DNA of 64,000 nucleotides from Myxococcaceae bacterium (GTDB lineage Bacteria; Myxococcota; Myxococcia; Myxococcales; Myxococcaceae): NCBI GenBank assembly GCA_044223505.1, contig JBGALX010000012.1, positions 154,174 to 218,173 of the forward strand, read 5' to 3'. Shown piece by piece: positions 14,119 to 23,291 of this stretch (position 1 is its first letter; each line of letters starts with the position of its first letter). The notes under the pieces were generated by a model. It saw only the letters and a program-made list of their open reading frames with translations, ran no database searches and was not told where the DNA came from. The position numbers and the translations under genes were made by a program.

Positions 14119-16055
14119 GTGAGAAGCCGAGCTCCCTCTCCCCTCGTAGGGAGGAGGGCCGGGGTGAGGGGCGGCTGCTCAAGCCTCTCTTGCTCGTGCT
14201 CACCCTCAGCCGCTGCTCGTGCGAGCTCTCGGCCGAGCTCGACGCGGGCGTCTTCGGCTGCAGCACGAACGACGACTGCATCCACGGCTTTCGCTGCATC
14301 GCGCAGCGCTGTCTGCCCGAGGGCACGCCGCCGCCCGACTCGGGCAGCGCGGGAGGCTCGAACCCGTTTCACGCGGCGCTGCGCTTCACGACGCCCGCGC
14401 AGGCGGTGCCGGCGGGCGCCTGCTCGAGCGAGGTGGGCTTCGGCTTCTTCGACGACGCGGGCCAGCCGACCGTCGCCGAAGCCGACGTCGAGGTGACGGC
14501 GACGTCGCTCGACCTCTCGCTCTTCTCCGACTCGGCGTGCCAGGCGGGGCAGGGCGCGTTCCCCATCCGCAGCTCGGGTGTCCTCTACTTCCGCGGCGCT
14601 CGCGCGGGCATGTTCGACCTCTCGCTCAGCGGCGCGAGGCTCACGCCGGCGACGCAGACCGAGACCGTCACGGCGCAGCCGTCGTCGCAGCGGCTCGCGT
14701 TCGTCAGCGCGCCGCCTTTGCCCTCGCTCGCGGGCTCGTGCGTGCAGGGCCTCACGGTCGAGCTGCGCGATGGCACCGGCGCGCCGCTGCAGGCTCCGCC
14801 GGGCGGCCTCACGCTCGAGCTCCAGTCGCAGCCCGCCGGCCTGCGCTTCTCGACCGACCCCGGCTGCGCGCCGTCGGGTCCGGTCACCCTTCCCGCCGGA
14901 GCGACCCGCACCACCTTCGCCGCCACCTCGGTCAGCGGTCGCGAGTACGTGGTGACGGCCTCGGCGGCCGACGCGGGCTCCGACACGCTCGCGGTGTCGC
15001 TGCGGCCGCTCGTGCGCTTGGGCACGTGCAACCTGGGCGACGACGAGCACGTGAAGGCGTGCGCCGTGGTGCCTCCGCTGCTGGACGCGACGCGCAGCTT
15101 CCTCGTCTACCAATCGACGCCTGACGACCACGACCCGTCGCGGGCGACGGTGGCGTGCGTGCTCGGCGACGCAGGCTCGGTCACCTGCCAGCGCGTGCTC
15201 GACGGCGGCACCGCGCGCATCACGTGGTACGCCGCCGAGCTGAAGGACTCGCGCGTCGACCGCTACGAGGTGCGGTGCCCCACCGACGGCGGCCGCGCGG
15301 TGACGGTGCCGCTGAACGCTGCGGTGCCACCGCAGCGCCAGTTCGTGCTCGCGGCGATGAGCTCGCAGGGCGTCGAGCTCACGGGCAACGACTTCTTCAC
15401 GGTCACGCCGTCGGCGGATCAGCTCGACGTGCAGTGGGGCGCAGACGGCTGCGGCGCGCGGCGCGTGCAGCTGCAGGTGGTGCAGGTGCCGGGCTTCACG
15501 ACGTCGCGCGCGACGGGCTCGCTGGTGAACGTGGCGACCGACGACGGCACCGGCCTGCCGGCTCCCGACGGAGGCACGCTGGCGCTGGCGACGTGGCGGG
15601 CGGCGACTCCGGGTGGCGGCGAGAACCGGGTGTGCGACCGCATGGTGCGGGCGTTCAACACGGGCGGCACGTCGGTGCGGGTGTCGCGGGCGGCGGGCAA
15701 CACGGCTCCGCAGTGCAGCGAGTTCGACGTCGAAGGGTGGGGCGTCGAGCGCGTCGACGTGGGGCAGCGCGGTGCCGTGCAGGCGATGACCGTCTCGCTC
15801 GGCGCCGGCATGGCGACGGCGACGCGCACCATCTCGGCGGTCGACCCCACGCGTACGCTGCTGCTCGCCTCGGGTCAGAGCGGCGGCGGCGGGCAGGCGG
15901 CGGGCGAGGGCGCCTTCGCGGTCGACGGCGGGGGCTTCCTCGGCGAGGCGACCGTGACGCTGAAGCTGAACAGCGCGACCGAGGTGCAGCTCGAGCGCGC
16001 GGGCACGCGGGCGGCGGCGACCTTTACCGTCTACGTGCTGCAGCTCGAGCCGTGA
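14115..16055 (+). CDS. Lipoprotein, paralogue 3. Its 5' region is interrupted by REP-like element copy a.
   Basis: GTG start overlaps the paralogue-2 stop (GTGA). Knot FGCSTNDDCIHGFRCIAQRCLPEG. Blocks LVRLGTCNLG, ITWYAAEL, TRTLLLASGQ. C-terminus TFTVYVLQLEP. The N-terminal segment SSLSPRREEGRGEGR is encoded by the REP element. Confidence 0.65.
   Translation: MSEKPSSLSPRREEGRGEGRLLKPLLLVLTLSRCSCELSAELDAGVFGCSTNDDCIHGFRCIAQRCLPEGTPPPDSGSAGGSNPFHAALRFTTPAQAVPAGACSSEVGFGFFDDAGQPTVAEADVEVTATSLDLSLFSDSACQAGQGAFPIRSSGVLYFRGARAGMFDLSLSGARLTPATQTETVTAQPSSQRLAFVSAPPLPSLAGSCVQGLTVELRDGTGAPLQAPPGGLTLELQSQPAGLRFSTDPGCAPSGPVTLPAGATRTTFAATSVSGREYVVTASAADAGSDTLAVSLRPLVRLGTCNLGDDEHVKACAVVPPLLDATRSFLVYQSTPDDHDPSRATVACVLGDAGSVTCQRVLDGGTARITWYAAELKDSRVDRYEVRCPTDGGRAVTVPLNAAVPPQRQFVLAAMSSQGVELTGNDFFTVTPSADQLDVQWGADGCGARRVQLQVVQVPGFTTSRATGSLVNVATDDGTGLPAPDGGTLALATWRAATPGGGENRVCDRMVRAFNTGGTSVRVSRAAGNTAPQCSEFDVEGWGVERVDVGQRGAVQAMTVSLGAGMATATRTISAVDPTRTLLLASGQSGGGGQAAGEGAFAVDGGGFLGEATVTLKLNSATEVQLERAGTRAAATFTVYVLQLEP
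14134..14171 (+). repeat. REP-like palindromic element, copy a.
   Basis: Sequence ccctctcccctcgtagggaggagggccggggtgagggg. The same unit occurs at 22526, 39630 and, inverted, at 39785. Confidence 0.8.
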
Positions 16056-16077
16056 TGACGGTAGCCTCCGGAGCTCC

Positions 16078-16566
16078 ATGAGCCGTGAACGACAGTTCCA
16101 GTGGGCCGACCCGCAGACGCAGCTGCGAGGCATCGAAGGCAAGACGGGCCTCGCCTTTCTCGCGGCCATCCTCAAGGGCGAGGTGCCCGCGGCGCCCATC
16201 TGCGGGGCGCTGAACTTCAAGCTGGTGCACGCGGAAGAGGGGCTCGTGCGCTTCGAGGGGTGGCCCGACGAGTCGGTCTACAACCCGATGGGCTCGGTGC
16301 ACGGCGGCTGGGTCGCGACGCTGCTCGACTCGGCGATGGGCAGCGCGGTGATGAGCACGCTCGACGCCGCGAGCGCGTACACCACGATGGACTTCACGGT
16401 TCACCTCGTGCGTGGCCTCACGAAAGACACGGGCGCCGTCGTCGCCGAGGGCAAGATCGTGCACCGCGGCAATCGCGCCGCCACCGCCGAGGGCCGCCTC
16501 GCCGGGCCCGACGGCAAGCTCTACGCGCACGCGTCGACGACGTGTCTCATCATGCCGCGGAAGTGA
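16078..16566 (+). CDS. PaaI-family (hotdog-fold) thioesterase.
   Basis: Motifs NPMGSVHGGWVATLLDSAMG...VAEGKIVHRGNRAATAEGRL. RBS GGAG upstream of the ATG. Confidence 0.8.
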   Translation: MSRERQFQWADPQTQLRGIEGKTGLAFLAAILKGEVPAAPICGALNFKLVHAEEGLVRFEGWPDESVYNPMGSVHGGWVATLLDSAMGSAVMSTLDAASAYTTMDFTVHLVRGLTKDTGAVVAEGKIVHRGNRAATAEGRLAGPDGKLYAHASTTCLIMPRK

Positions 16567-16570
16567 GTCA

Positions 16571-16656
16571 GAAAAAGGGGACAGGCTACTTTTCCAGTCG
16601 CAGACTGAGACGCGCGTTGCCGCAGGCCTTCGGAAAAGTAGCCTGTCCCCTTTTTC
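16571..16656. repeat. Perfect 25-bp inverted repeat (GAAAAAGGGGACAGGCTACTTTTCC / GGAAAAGTAGCCTGTCCCCTTTTTC) with a 36-bp spacer. Candidate bidirectional terminator or a miniature palindromic element.
   Basis: Exact reverse-complement arms. The arms are relatively AT-rich in a 70 % GC context. T-tract after the right arm, A-tract before the left arm. Confidence 0.85.
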
Positions 16657-18278
16657 TCCTCTGCGCCGGGGTCGCCTCCGCACACGAGCGCGAAGACCAC
16701 GACGCCGACGCCGGCGTCTTCAGCTTGAACGGCGCCGAGTGGCTCACGTTTCAGGGGCACCGGGTGCTGCCCGAAGAGGTCTACCGCACCGTCTTGAAGC
16801 TGCCGCCTGACGCCGGCCCCGACGTCGAGACCGCGCACGTGGTGCGGGCGCAGCTCACCGAGTTCCTCCACGTCTCGGGCTACGAGCTCGCCCACGTCGA
16901 CGTCTCGGTCGGCGCCGACGGCGGCGTCGACGTGCTCATCGACGAGGGCCGCCTCGAGAAGGTCGTCTTCAAGGGCCGCAGCACCGTGCAGACCGTGCGC
17001 TTCAAGCTCGCCCTCGACATCCCTCACGACGTCTTCAACCGCCCCGACCTCGAGCGGCAGGTGCGCAAGCTCGAGCAGTCGCTCGGCCTGCAGGACATTC
17101 GCCTCGTGCTGATGCCGGCGACCGTGATGAAGCACGTCGGCCCGCAGCTCGAGAGCGTGCCCGAGGTGAAGGGCTTCGAGATTTTTCACGAGCTGCGCGC
17201 GTACGAGCTGCACATCGTGCTGCCCGAGCGCGACTGGGACACCGGCCTCGGCATCGACGTGCGCACCGGCTACGTCGACGGCCTCGAGCTGCAGGGCAAG
17301 TACTACGGCCGCAGCGGCGTCTTCATCGACGACCGCTGGAGCCTCGTCGCCGGCGTCGCCGGAGGCCTGCGCCGCCACGTCATCACCGACTCGTTCTACG
17401 CCCACTTCTCGCGCGTCGCGTTCGACGGCCAGTACTTCTTCCCGACCCTCGCGGGGAACCTGCGCATCGCGCCGCAGCTGCAGGCCTCGCTCGTGAGCCG
17501 CATCCGAAAAGACCTGAACCTCGCCGACTACTACGCGAGCGAAATCTCCGGAGCCCTCTGGCTCGAGTGGGAGCCCCGCCTCGGCATCCGCATGCGCTTC
17601 GGCGGCGGCTTCCTCGACCGTCGCATCTTCTGGCTCAGCGGCACCGGCGACCCTGCGCTGCCGCTCGCGCCCGGCGCCTCACCCTCGTCCGGCAGCCGCC
17701 CCTTCGCGGCCATCAGCCTCGACTTCACCTTCGACCCCGACAACGACCGGTGGGATCGCCGCCACATTCTGCAGGTGAACCTCCAGCAGCAGTTCCCGGG
17801 CATCGGCGCCGGGCCGTTCGCGCGCGCGCAGCTCTACTACCGCTACGTGCAGCCGTTCGGGTGGCACGACCTCTGGCTGCGCTCGGGCGCGTACGTCGTC
17901 TGGTACGACTCGACGTTTCACGACGAGGCGTCGCTCGGCGAGTTCCTCCACGGCGCGTTCGGGCAGGACTACGTTCGCCGCGCCGCCAACCTCAACACCG
18001 AGTTCCGCTTCTCGGTGACGCGCGACCTGTTCAAGCTCTCGCTGCAGAGCGACGTCGCCATCTACACCGCCGTCGACCGCACGAGAGACCAGGGCCCGCT
18101 GCAGTTCGCGAGCTCGTTCGGCCCCGGCCTGCACCTCTTGCTCGAGGGCATGTTCCAGCTCGACATCTACGTGACCATCGGGCTGCGGCCGCGCGTGCTC
18201 ATCGACGACGCCGGGAAGCGCAGCCTCACCGCCGACACCTCCATCGGGTTCTCGGCGAACCTGCTCAAGGCGTACTGA
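16617..18278 (+). CDS. Omp85-superfamily outer-membrane protein with one POTRA-like domain and a beta-barrel (BamA/TamA/TpsB-like).
   Basis: POTRA-like VVRAQLTEFLHVSGYELAHVDVSVGADGGVDVLIDEGRLEKVVFKGRS. Long beta-rich C-terminus ending ...FSANLLKAY. The start is uncertain (TTG 16617 or CTG 16605). The signal peptide KVACPLFLLCAGVASA is partly encoded by the right arm of the 25-bp inverted repeat. Confidence 0.6.
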   Translation: MPQAFGKVACPLFLLCAGVASAHEREDHDADAGVFSLNGAEWLTFQGHRVLPEEVYRTVLKLPPDAGPDVETAHVVRAQLTEFLHVSGYELAHVDVSVGADGGVDVLIDEGRLEKVVFKGRSTVQTVRFKLALDIPHDVFNRPDLERQVRKLEQSLGLQDIRLVLMPATVMKHVGPQLESVPEVKGFEIFHELRAYELHIVLPERDWDTGLGIDVRTGYVDGLELQGKYYGRSGVFIDDRWSLVAGVAGGLRRHVITDSFYAHFSRVAFDGQYFFPTLAGNLRIAPQLQASLVSRIRKDLNLADYYASEISGALWLEWEPRLGIRMRFGGGFLDRRIFWLSGTGDPALPLAPGASPSSGSRPFAAISLDFTFDPDNDRWDRRHILQVNLQQQFPGIGAGPFARAQLYYRYVQPFGWHDLWLRSGAYVVWYDSTFHDEASLGEFLHGAFGQDYVRRAANLNTEFRFSVTRDLFKLSLQSDVAIYTAVDRTRDQGPLQFASSFGPGLHLLLEGMFQLDIYVTIGLRPRVLIDDAGKRSLTADTSIGFSANLLKAY

Positions 18279-18294
18279 CGCGCGGGTCGCGTCA
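18276..18294. terminator. Bidirectional stem-loop terminator shared by two convergent genes.
   Basis: TGACGCG-cgggt-CGCGTCA forms a 7-bp stem with a 5-nt loop. Both genes' TGA stops lie inside the stem arms. Confidence 0.6.
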
Positions 18295-20286
18295 CGGCTG
18301 CGGCGCGAGCGCGACGCCCCGATACGAGTGGTTCGTGGTGGGCGCAGCGATGGGTGTCCCGAGCGCGGTGTTGCCGAGCGCGTGCGCGGTGTCGGTGAAC
18401 ACGTAGAGACCGCCTGACGTCGCCGACGCCGTTCCGTTCGAGTGAGCGCCGACGCAGGTCGCGCTGTCGTTGGGGCCCTGCAGGAAGCACTCGCCCTGGC
18501 GGATGCCGCCGCTCGTCGGGCTGAACAGCGCGCTCAGCACCCAGTCGCCGCCGGCGCGGACGAAGCGCTTCACGCCGGAGGCCTCGTCGAAGAGGTAGAG
18601 CAGGTCGGGCCCGGGCTCGTCGCTGACGTCGAAGATGGAGTACGCGTACGCGGAGCCGGTGCTGGTGTCCGGGTCGATGACGGCCGCTGACGTGCCGCTC
18701 GTCGTCGGCAGGCCGGTTCCGATCTTGTACAGCCCGAGCGTCGTGGTGCCGCCGGAGGAGGCCGTCGAGTAGAGCTGGCCGTCGAAGATGCGCAGCGTGC
18801 GGCCGAACGCCGGCACGGTGGCGATCGCGGTCGTCGGTGTGGTCGTCGCGCCCGGAGTGGTGAGGAAGGTGCCGCCCAGGCCGCCGATCACCCAGAGGTT
18901 GGCGCCGTCGAGCACGGCGCTGCGAATCTGGGAGCCGCTCACCGACGTGGCCCCGAACAGGGTGCCGAGCGCGGTCGAGAGGTCGACGCCCGCGGGGGTC
19001 GCGAAGTCGGCGTCGTCGATGATGGCGACGCCGCGCGTGCTGATCGGCGGCGACGTGCCGTTTGCGGCCGTGCCGGCCACGATGCGGTAGCCGCAGATCG
19101 TGAGAGAGCGGCCATCGGGCGAGCGCGAGAGCGCGGCCTCGGCGGGGTTGCCGTAGACGACGCTGAACGGCACCGGATCGCCTGCCGTGCTCGGCAGGGC
19201 GATGCTCGCCGTCGTCGTCGTGGGGGAGGCGAAGCTGCGCCGCTCGAGCGTGATGGGTACGGTGTTGGCGCCGGTGGTGACTCCGTTCCCGATGGCGGCG
19301 ACGACGAAGTGGGTGGGCGCCGGGCCGTGCACGGTGACGAGGTGATCGATGGCGGGAGCGCCGAACGTGTCGGTGACGCTGCTCGTGACGTGGATGGCGT
19401 AGCTGCGGCCGGTGACCAGCGGCGTGGTGACCGTCAGCGTGGTGATGCTGCCTACGGTCGTCGCCGTCGAAACCGTCAGCCCGGCGATGAGGAACCGCAC
19501 CGGCAGGGCCGTGGCCGCGTTGGGTGCGCGGTTGAAGGTGATGTCGAGCTGGGTGGGGCCCGACGCGACCGCCGAGCTCATCTGGAACGGGCCGAGCACG
19601 TCGAGCGTCGTGGTCGCCGCGCCGTCGTCGGTCGTGACGGTCAGCGTCGCCGCGGTGCCGGGCGGAGTCGACGCGTTGATCAGCCCGATGATCAGCTGCG
19701 TCCCCGAGTTCGACTGAATGCTCTGCGCCACTCCGTTGAGCGTCACCGTCGTGGTCCCCGTCGCCGCGAGCAGGAAGAAGCCGTTGATGGTGAGCGATGA
19801 GATGCCCGGCACGACTGCGCTGCTCGAGAGGCTGATGATCATCGGAGCCTGCCCGGTGCTGCCGCCCGCGGTGCCGCCGCCCGCTGTCGCGCCGCCTGCA
19901 GCGCCGCCGCCCGCTGTCGCTCCGCCTGCCGTCGCTCCGCCTGCCGTCGCTCCGCCTGCCGTCGCTCCGCCTGCAGTGCCGCCGCCGGCCGTCGCGCCGC
20001 CTGCTGTCGCGCCACCTGCCGTCGCGCCGCCTGCCGTCGCGCCACCTGCCGTCGCGCCGCCTGCCGTCGCTCCGCCTGCAGTCGCGCCACCTGCCGTCGC
20101 GCCGCCTGCAGTCGCTCCGCCCGCAGTCGCGCCGCCCGCAGTCGCGCCACCTGCCGTCGCTCCGCCTGCGGTCCCACTACCCGCTCGGCCGCCTCCGGCG
20201 GTGGCGCCTCCGGCGGTTCCTCCATCCTCGTTCATCGACGGTCCAGAACAGCCCGCGACCACCAACAGCAAGAGGAGTCGGCGCAT
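18292..20286 (-). CDS. Lipoprotein with a 15-bp-period (GGATA)n repeat linker followed by beta-rich domains, possibly IPT/Ig-like.
   Basis: Lipobox VVAGCSG. About 24 GGATA units. Last gene of a three-gene secreted-protein operon on the minus strand. Confidence 0.7.
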   Translation of the reverse strand: MRRLLLLLVVAGCSGPSMNEDGGTAGGATAGGGRAGSGTAGGATAGGATAGGATAGGATAGGATAGGATAGGATAGGATAGGATAGGATAGGATAGGATAGGGTAGGATAGGATAGGATAGGATAGGGAAGGATAGGGTAGGSTGQAPMIISLSSSAVVPGISSLTINGFFLLAATGTTTVTLNGVAQSIQSNSGTQLIIGLINASTPPGTAATLTVTTDDGAATTTLDVLGPFQMSSAVASGPTQLDITFNRAPNAATALPVRFLIAGLTVSTATTVGSITTLTVTTPLVTGRSYAIHVTSSVTDTFGAPAIDHLVTVHGPAPTHFVVAAIGNGVTTGANTVPITLERRSFASPTTTTASIALPSTAGDPVPFSVVYGNPAEAALSRSPDGRSLTICGYRIVAGTAANGTSPPISTRGVAIIDDADFATPAGVDLSTALGTLFGATSVSGSQIRSAVLDGANLWVIGGLGGTFLTTPGATTTPTTAIATVPAFGRTLRIFDGQLYSTASSGGTTTLGLYKIGTGLPTTSGTSAAVIDPDTSTGSAYAYSIFDVSDEPGPDLLYLFDEASGVKRFVRAGGDWVLSALFSPTSGGIRQGECFLQGPNDSATCVGAHSNGTASATSGGLYVFTDTAHALGNTALGTPIAAPTTNHSYRGVALAPQP
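19855..20225 (-). repeat. In-frame 15-bp tandem repeat encoding (GGATA)n.
   Basis: Direct reading of the sequence. Confidence 0.85.
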
Positions 20287-20323
20287 GGCGCGCGACTGTA
20301 CCTCGCAGCAGTCTGACGGTCCG

Positions 20324-22522
20324 CTACATCGGCGGCCCGAGCGGCTTCTGGTTCGGCATGAAGCTCGGCAGCGGCACGAAGCCGCCGCTCACCTTCGTCT
20401 GGTTCTCGACGAAGTGAACGTTGCTGCTGATGCGGCTGACGTCGAAGCCCTCGGTGGCGACGCACACGCCGATGGCGTTGGTCGCGACGATGCCGTCCGC
20501 GAGGTCCATCGTCCCCTGGTCGCCGAGCTCGACGCCGCACGTGACGTTGCCCGAGATCGAGAAGTGCGAGGCGCTCACGTGCGCGCTGCCGAGCGCTGCG
20601 ACGCCGCTGCCGCCCTCGTCGGGGCACTGAGGCACGCACGCGCGCTTCTGCGTGTCGCGCACGACCACGTCGGTCAGCGTCACGTCGGTGCCGGCGTTGA
20701 TGGCCGCGATGCCGGCCTCCCGGTTTCCCTCGAACGTGCCGCGCGTCACCCGCAGCTTGCCGCCGCCCTGCACGTGCGCGCCGCGCCCGACCGGCCCGTT
20801 GCCGCTCTCGCCGCGCGTGTCGCGCACCACCAGGTCTTCAGCCACGACCTCGCCCCCGATGATCTGCAGCCCGAGCAGCTGGCTCTGCTCGACCAGCGCC
20901 CGCTTCAAGCTCAGCGTCGTGCCGTCCTGCACCGCGAGCCCCGAGCTCGCCTTCGACTTGCCCTCGGCGCGCGTGTCTCGAATCACCACGTCTTCGGCGT
21001 CGACCACGGTGCCCGGCGTACCGGCCGCGAGCCCGGTGTAGCGGTTGCGCTCGAGCCGCGCCCTGCGCACCGTCGCCGCCGCGCCGCGCGCCACGACGAG
21101 CCCGTCGCCGCCGGCGCCGTCCGTCTCTTGTCCGAGGGTCTCGAGCACCGTGAGGTCCGACGCGGTGAACGTCGAGCCCGCCAGGTGCACCGAGACTCCG
21201 CAGGCGCGCGCGCGCGTCACCGCGAGCCGCGCCGCGTCGAGTCGCGCGCCCTCGAGCACCACGACACCGAAGCCGCCCGAGGTCGTGGCGGCCTCCGACT
21301 TCGTGTCGTCGACGACGCAGTCGGTGAGCGACATCGACGAGCCGGCGTGGACGGCGTACGCGCTCACGCTCGCGTTGTGCTCCATCGTCACGCGAGAGGC
21401 CTCGATGCGGCCGAGCCCGATGGAGACGAGCGCGTTGCCGAGCCCCCGGTCTGCCGGCCGCGGCTTCGTGTCGCGAATGACGCCGTTCTCGAGCACCGCC
21501 GTGCCGCGCGTCGCCGAGTACACCGTGCTCGCGACGTTCGCCTCGAACGCGAACTCGCGCACCGTCACGCCGGCGTCGAGCGTCACCGAGAGCGCCGTGC
21601 CCAGCGAGCCGTCGGCGAGCGGCTGCGTGCGCAGCACCGAGACCTGCGTCACGTCGAGCCGGCTGCCCTCGCCGAACGCGACGAGCCCTTCGCCGCGGTT
21701 GTCTTCGATCGCGACGCGGCTCACCGTGATGGAGCCCCCGCCCTCGACGTAGAGCGCCGCCGGGTGGCGCTGCGCCTGGCGCGTGCCGCGCACGACGAGG
21801 CTGTGGCCGGTGACGCTCGCTCCGTTCGCGGCGACGACGCCGTAGCCGGTGGCGTTCACGATCGCCACGTCTTCGACGTTCGCGGTCGAGGTCCGCACGC
21901 CGACCACGACGCCCGGCCGCGCCCCCGAGAGCGTCACGTACTTCACCGACACGCCGGCGCCCAGCGCGACGACCGCGCCGACGATGGGGTCTGCCGTCGA
22001 GGGCGAGATGACGGTCTGCGCGACGCACGCTCCCCACAGCGTCACCTGCGCGGGCACCCGCACGGCCTCGTCGTACGTGCCCTTCGCGATCGCGACGACG
22101 GTGCCGGCCGGAGCGCCGCTCAGCGCCGCCGCGATGGTGCCGAACGGCGCCGCGCTCGAGCCGGTGCCGCCGACCGCGCCTGCGCGCACGTACCGCACCC
22201 CGGTCGCCGGCAGCCCCTCGGGGAAGTCGCCCGCAGGGCACTCGGGCCCGAGCCGCGCGCAGCCCGCCTCGCCGGGGAAGTGGGCCTCGCCCGCGGCGCA
22301 CGTCGTCGACGCGGCGCCCGACGGCCACGGGTCGCACGTCTTCGACCCGCCGCTCACGGCCTCGGCCCGCTCCGTCCACCCCGCGCTGCACGGAGTCATT
22401 CGCGGCAGCTCGGCCGCCGCCGGAGCCGCCGGCGCCGCGATGACGAGCGCGCCGCGCCCGTCAGGCAGGGGAATCAGCTCGGTCGCAGGCGAAGAGCACG
22501 ACGCGAGCAGGAGGAACAGCAT
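20324..22522 (-). CDS. Lipoprotein with right-handed parallel beta-helix repeats (pectate-lyase-like fold).
   Basis: ATG at 22522 with AGGAGG-like RBS. Lipobox LLLASCSS. Recurring ~22-residue units of the form V.....V...G.G. run along the protein. Confidence 0.75.
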   Translation of the reverse strand: MLFLLLASCSSPATELIPLPDGRGALVIAAPAAPAAAELPRMTPCSAGWTERAEAVSGGSKTCDPWPSGAASTTCAAGEAHFPGEAGCARLGPECPAGDFPEGLPATGVRYVRAGAVGGTGSSAAPFGTIAAALSGAPAGTVVAIAKGTYDEAVRVPAQVTLWGACVAQTVISPSTADPIVGAVVALGAGVSVKYVTLSGARPGVVVGVRTSTANVEDVAIVNATGYGVVAANGASVTGHSLVVRGTRQAQRHPAALYVEGGGSITVSRVAIEDNRGEGLVAFGEGSRLDVTQVSVLRTQPLADGSLGTALSVTLDAGVTVREFAFEANVASTVYSATRGTAVLENGVIRDTKPRPADRGLGNALVSIGLGRIEASRVTMEHNASVSAYAVHAGSSMSLTDCVVDDTKSEAATTSGGFGVVVLEGARLDAARLAVTRARACGVSVHLAGSTFTASDLTVLETLGQETDGAGGDGLVVARGAAATVRRARLERNRYTGLAAGTPGTVVDAEDVVIRDTRAEGKSKASSGLAVQDGTTLSLKRALVEQSQLLGLQIIGGEVVAEDLVVRDTRGESGNGPVGRGAHVQGGGKLRVTRGTFEGNREAGIAAINAGTDVTLTDVVVRDTQKRACVPQCPDEGGSGVAALGSAHVSASHFSISGNVTCGVELGDQGTMDLADGIVATNAIGVCVATEGFDVSRISSNVHFVENQTKVSGGFVPLPSFMPNQKPLGPPM

Positions 22523-22525
22523 GCG

Positions 22526-22562
22526 CCCCCTCTCTCCTCGTAGGAGAGAGGGACGGGGTGAG
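22526..22562 (+). repeat. REP-like palindromic element, copy b. It lies between two co-directional minus-strand genes.
   Basis: Sequence ccccctctctcctcgtaggagagagggacggggtgag. Confidence 0.75.
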
Positions 22563-22598
22563 TTGGCGTTTGAGCGCAACGAACGAGCCCCCGCCGCC

Positions 22599-23237
22599 TC
22601 AAGGCAGCTTCGCGCCCTCGAGCGCCTTCGCGAGCGCGTCGAGGTCGGGGTCGAAGTCGGCGGGCTTCAGCTTGCCGAGCATCGCCGCGTCCTCGGCCAT
22701 CTGCTTCTTGTACGCGGCCTCGTCCGAAACGAGCGGGCCGCCGTCGTCGCGCAGACCCTTCGCCTTCACGGGCACGCTGCCGACGACGTACGTCTTGCCG
22801 TCGTCCGACAGGCCCTGGAACCACGCCTGCAGCTCGCGGTTGCTCGCCTGCACGGGCTCGATGAACCACTGCGTCACATAGAGGAAGCCCTCGACCTTGC
22901 CGATTCTGATCCGCCTCGCGTTCAGCGTGAACCACGCCGAGGCGTCGAGGCAGCCGGGCGTCGCGAGCTCCTTGTCGGCGGCGGGCAGGCCCTTCGCCTT
23001 CAGCGCGCGCTTCAGCTCGTTCGCGCTCTTCGTCACGCACGCGTCTTTCGTCTTCGGCTCGACGGCGAACAGCTTCTCCCACGCGGCGATGGGCACCACG
23101 TCGAGCTTGCCGAAGCCCGGCACGGTCACGCGCAGGTGCTCGGGCATGAGGCCCGAAGGCTTGTTCGTCTTCTCGAAGGTGGCGCCGGGGACCTTCTCGG
23201 GCGCCTGACACAGCAGCACGGCAGCGAGGAAGAGCAT
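22599..23237 (-). CDS. Secreted Lys-rich hypothetical protein.
   Basis: Signal peptide MLFLAAVLLCQAPEK. High GC3. The upstream 127-aa extension on the ORF track has no support. Confidence 0.55.
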   Translation of the reverse strand: MLFLAAVLLCQAPEKVPGATFEKTNKPSGLMPEHLRVTVPGFGKLDVVPIAAWEKLFAVEPKTKDACVTKSANELKRALKAKGLPAADKELATPGCLDASAWFTLNARRIRIGKVEGFLYVTQWFIEPVQASNRELQAWFQGLSDDGKTYVVGSVPVKAKGLRDDGGPLVSDEAAYKKQMAEDAAMLGKLKPADFDPDLDALAKALEGAKLP

Positions 23238-23291
23238 TCGCCGTTCGCTGTTAGCAGGCTTTGGCCGGCGCTGGTATGTGGTCGGCCAGGG

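Noticed and set aside
14094-16220. 708-aa minus-strand ORF.
   Set aside because: Antisense artefact of paralogue 3.
19718-22543. 941-aa plus-strand ORF and the nested 20838..22391 minus-strand ORF.
   Set aside because: Antisense or off-frame to the beta-helix and GGATA lipoprotein genes, with Arg/His-rich nonsense composition.
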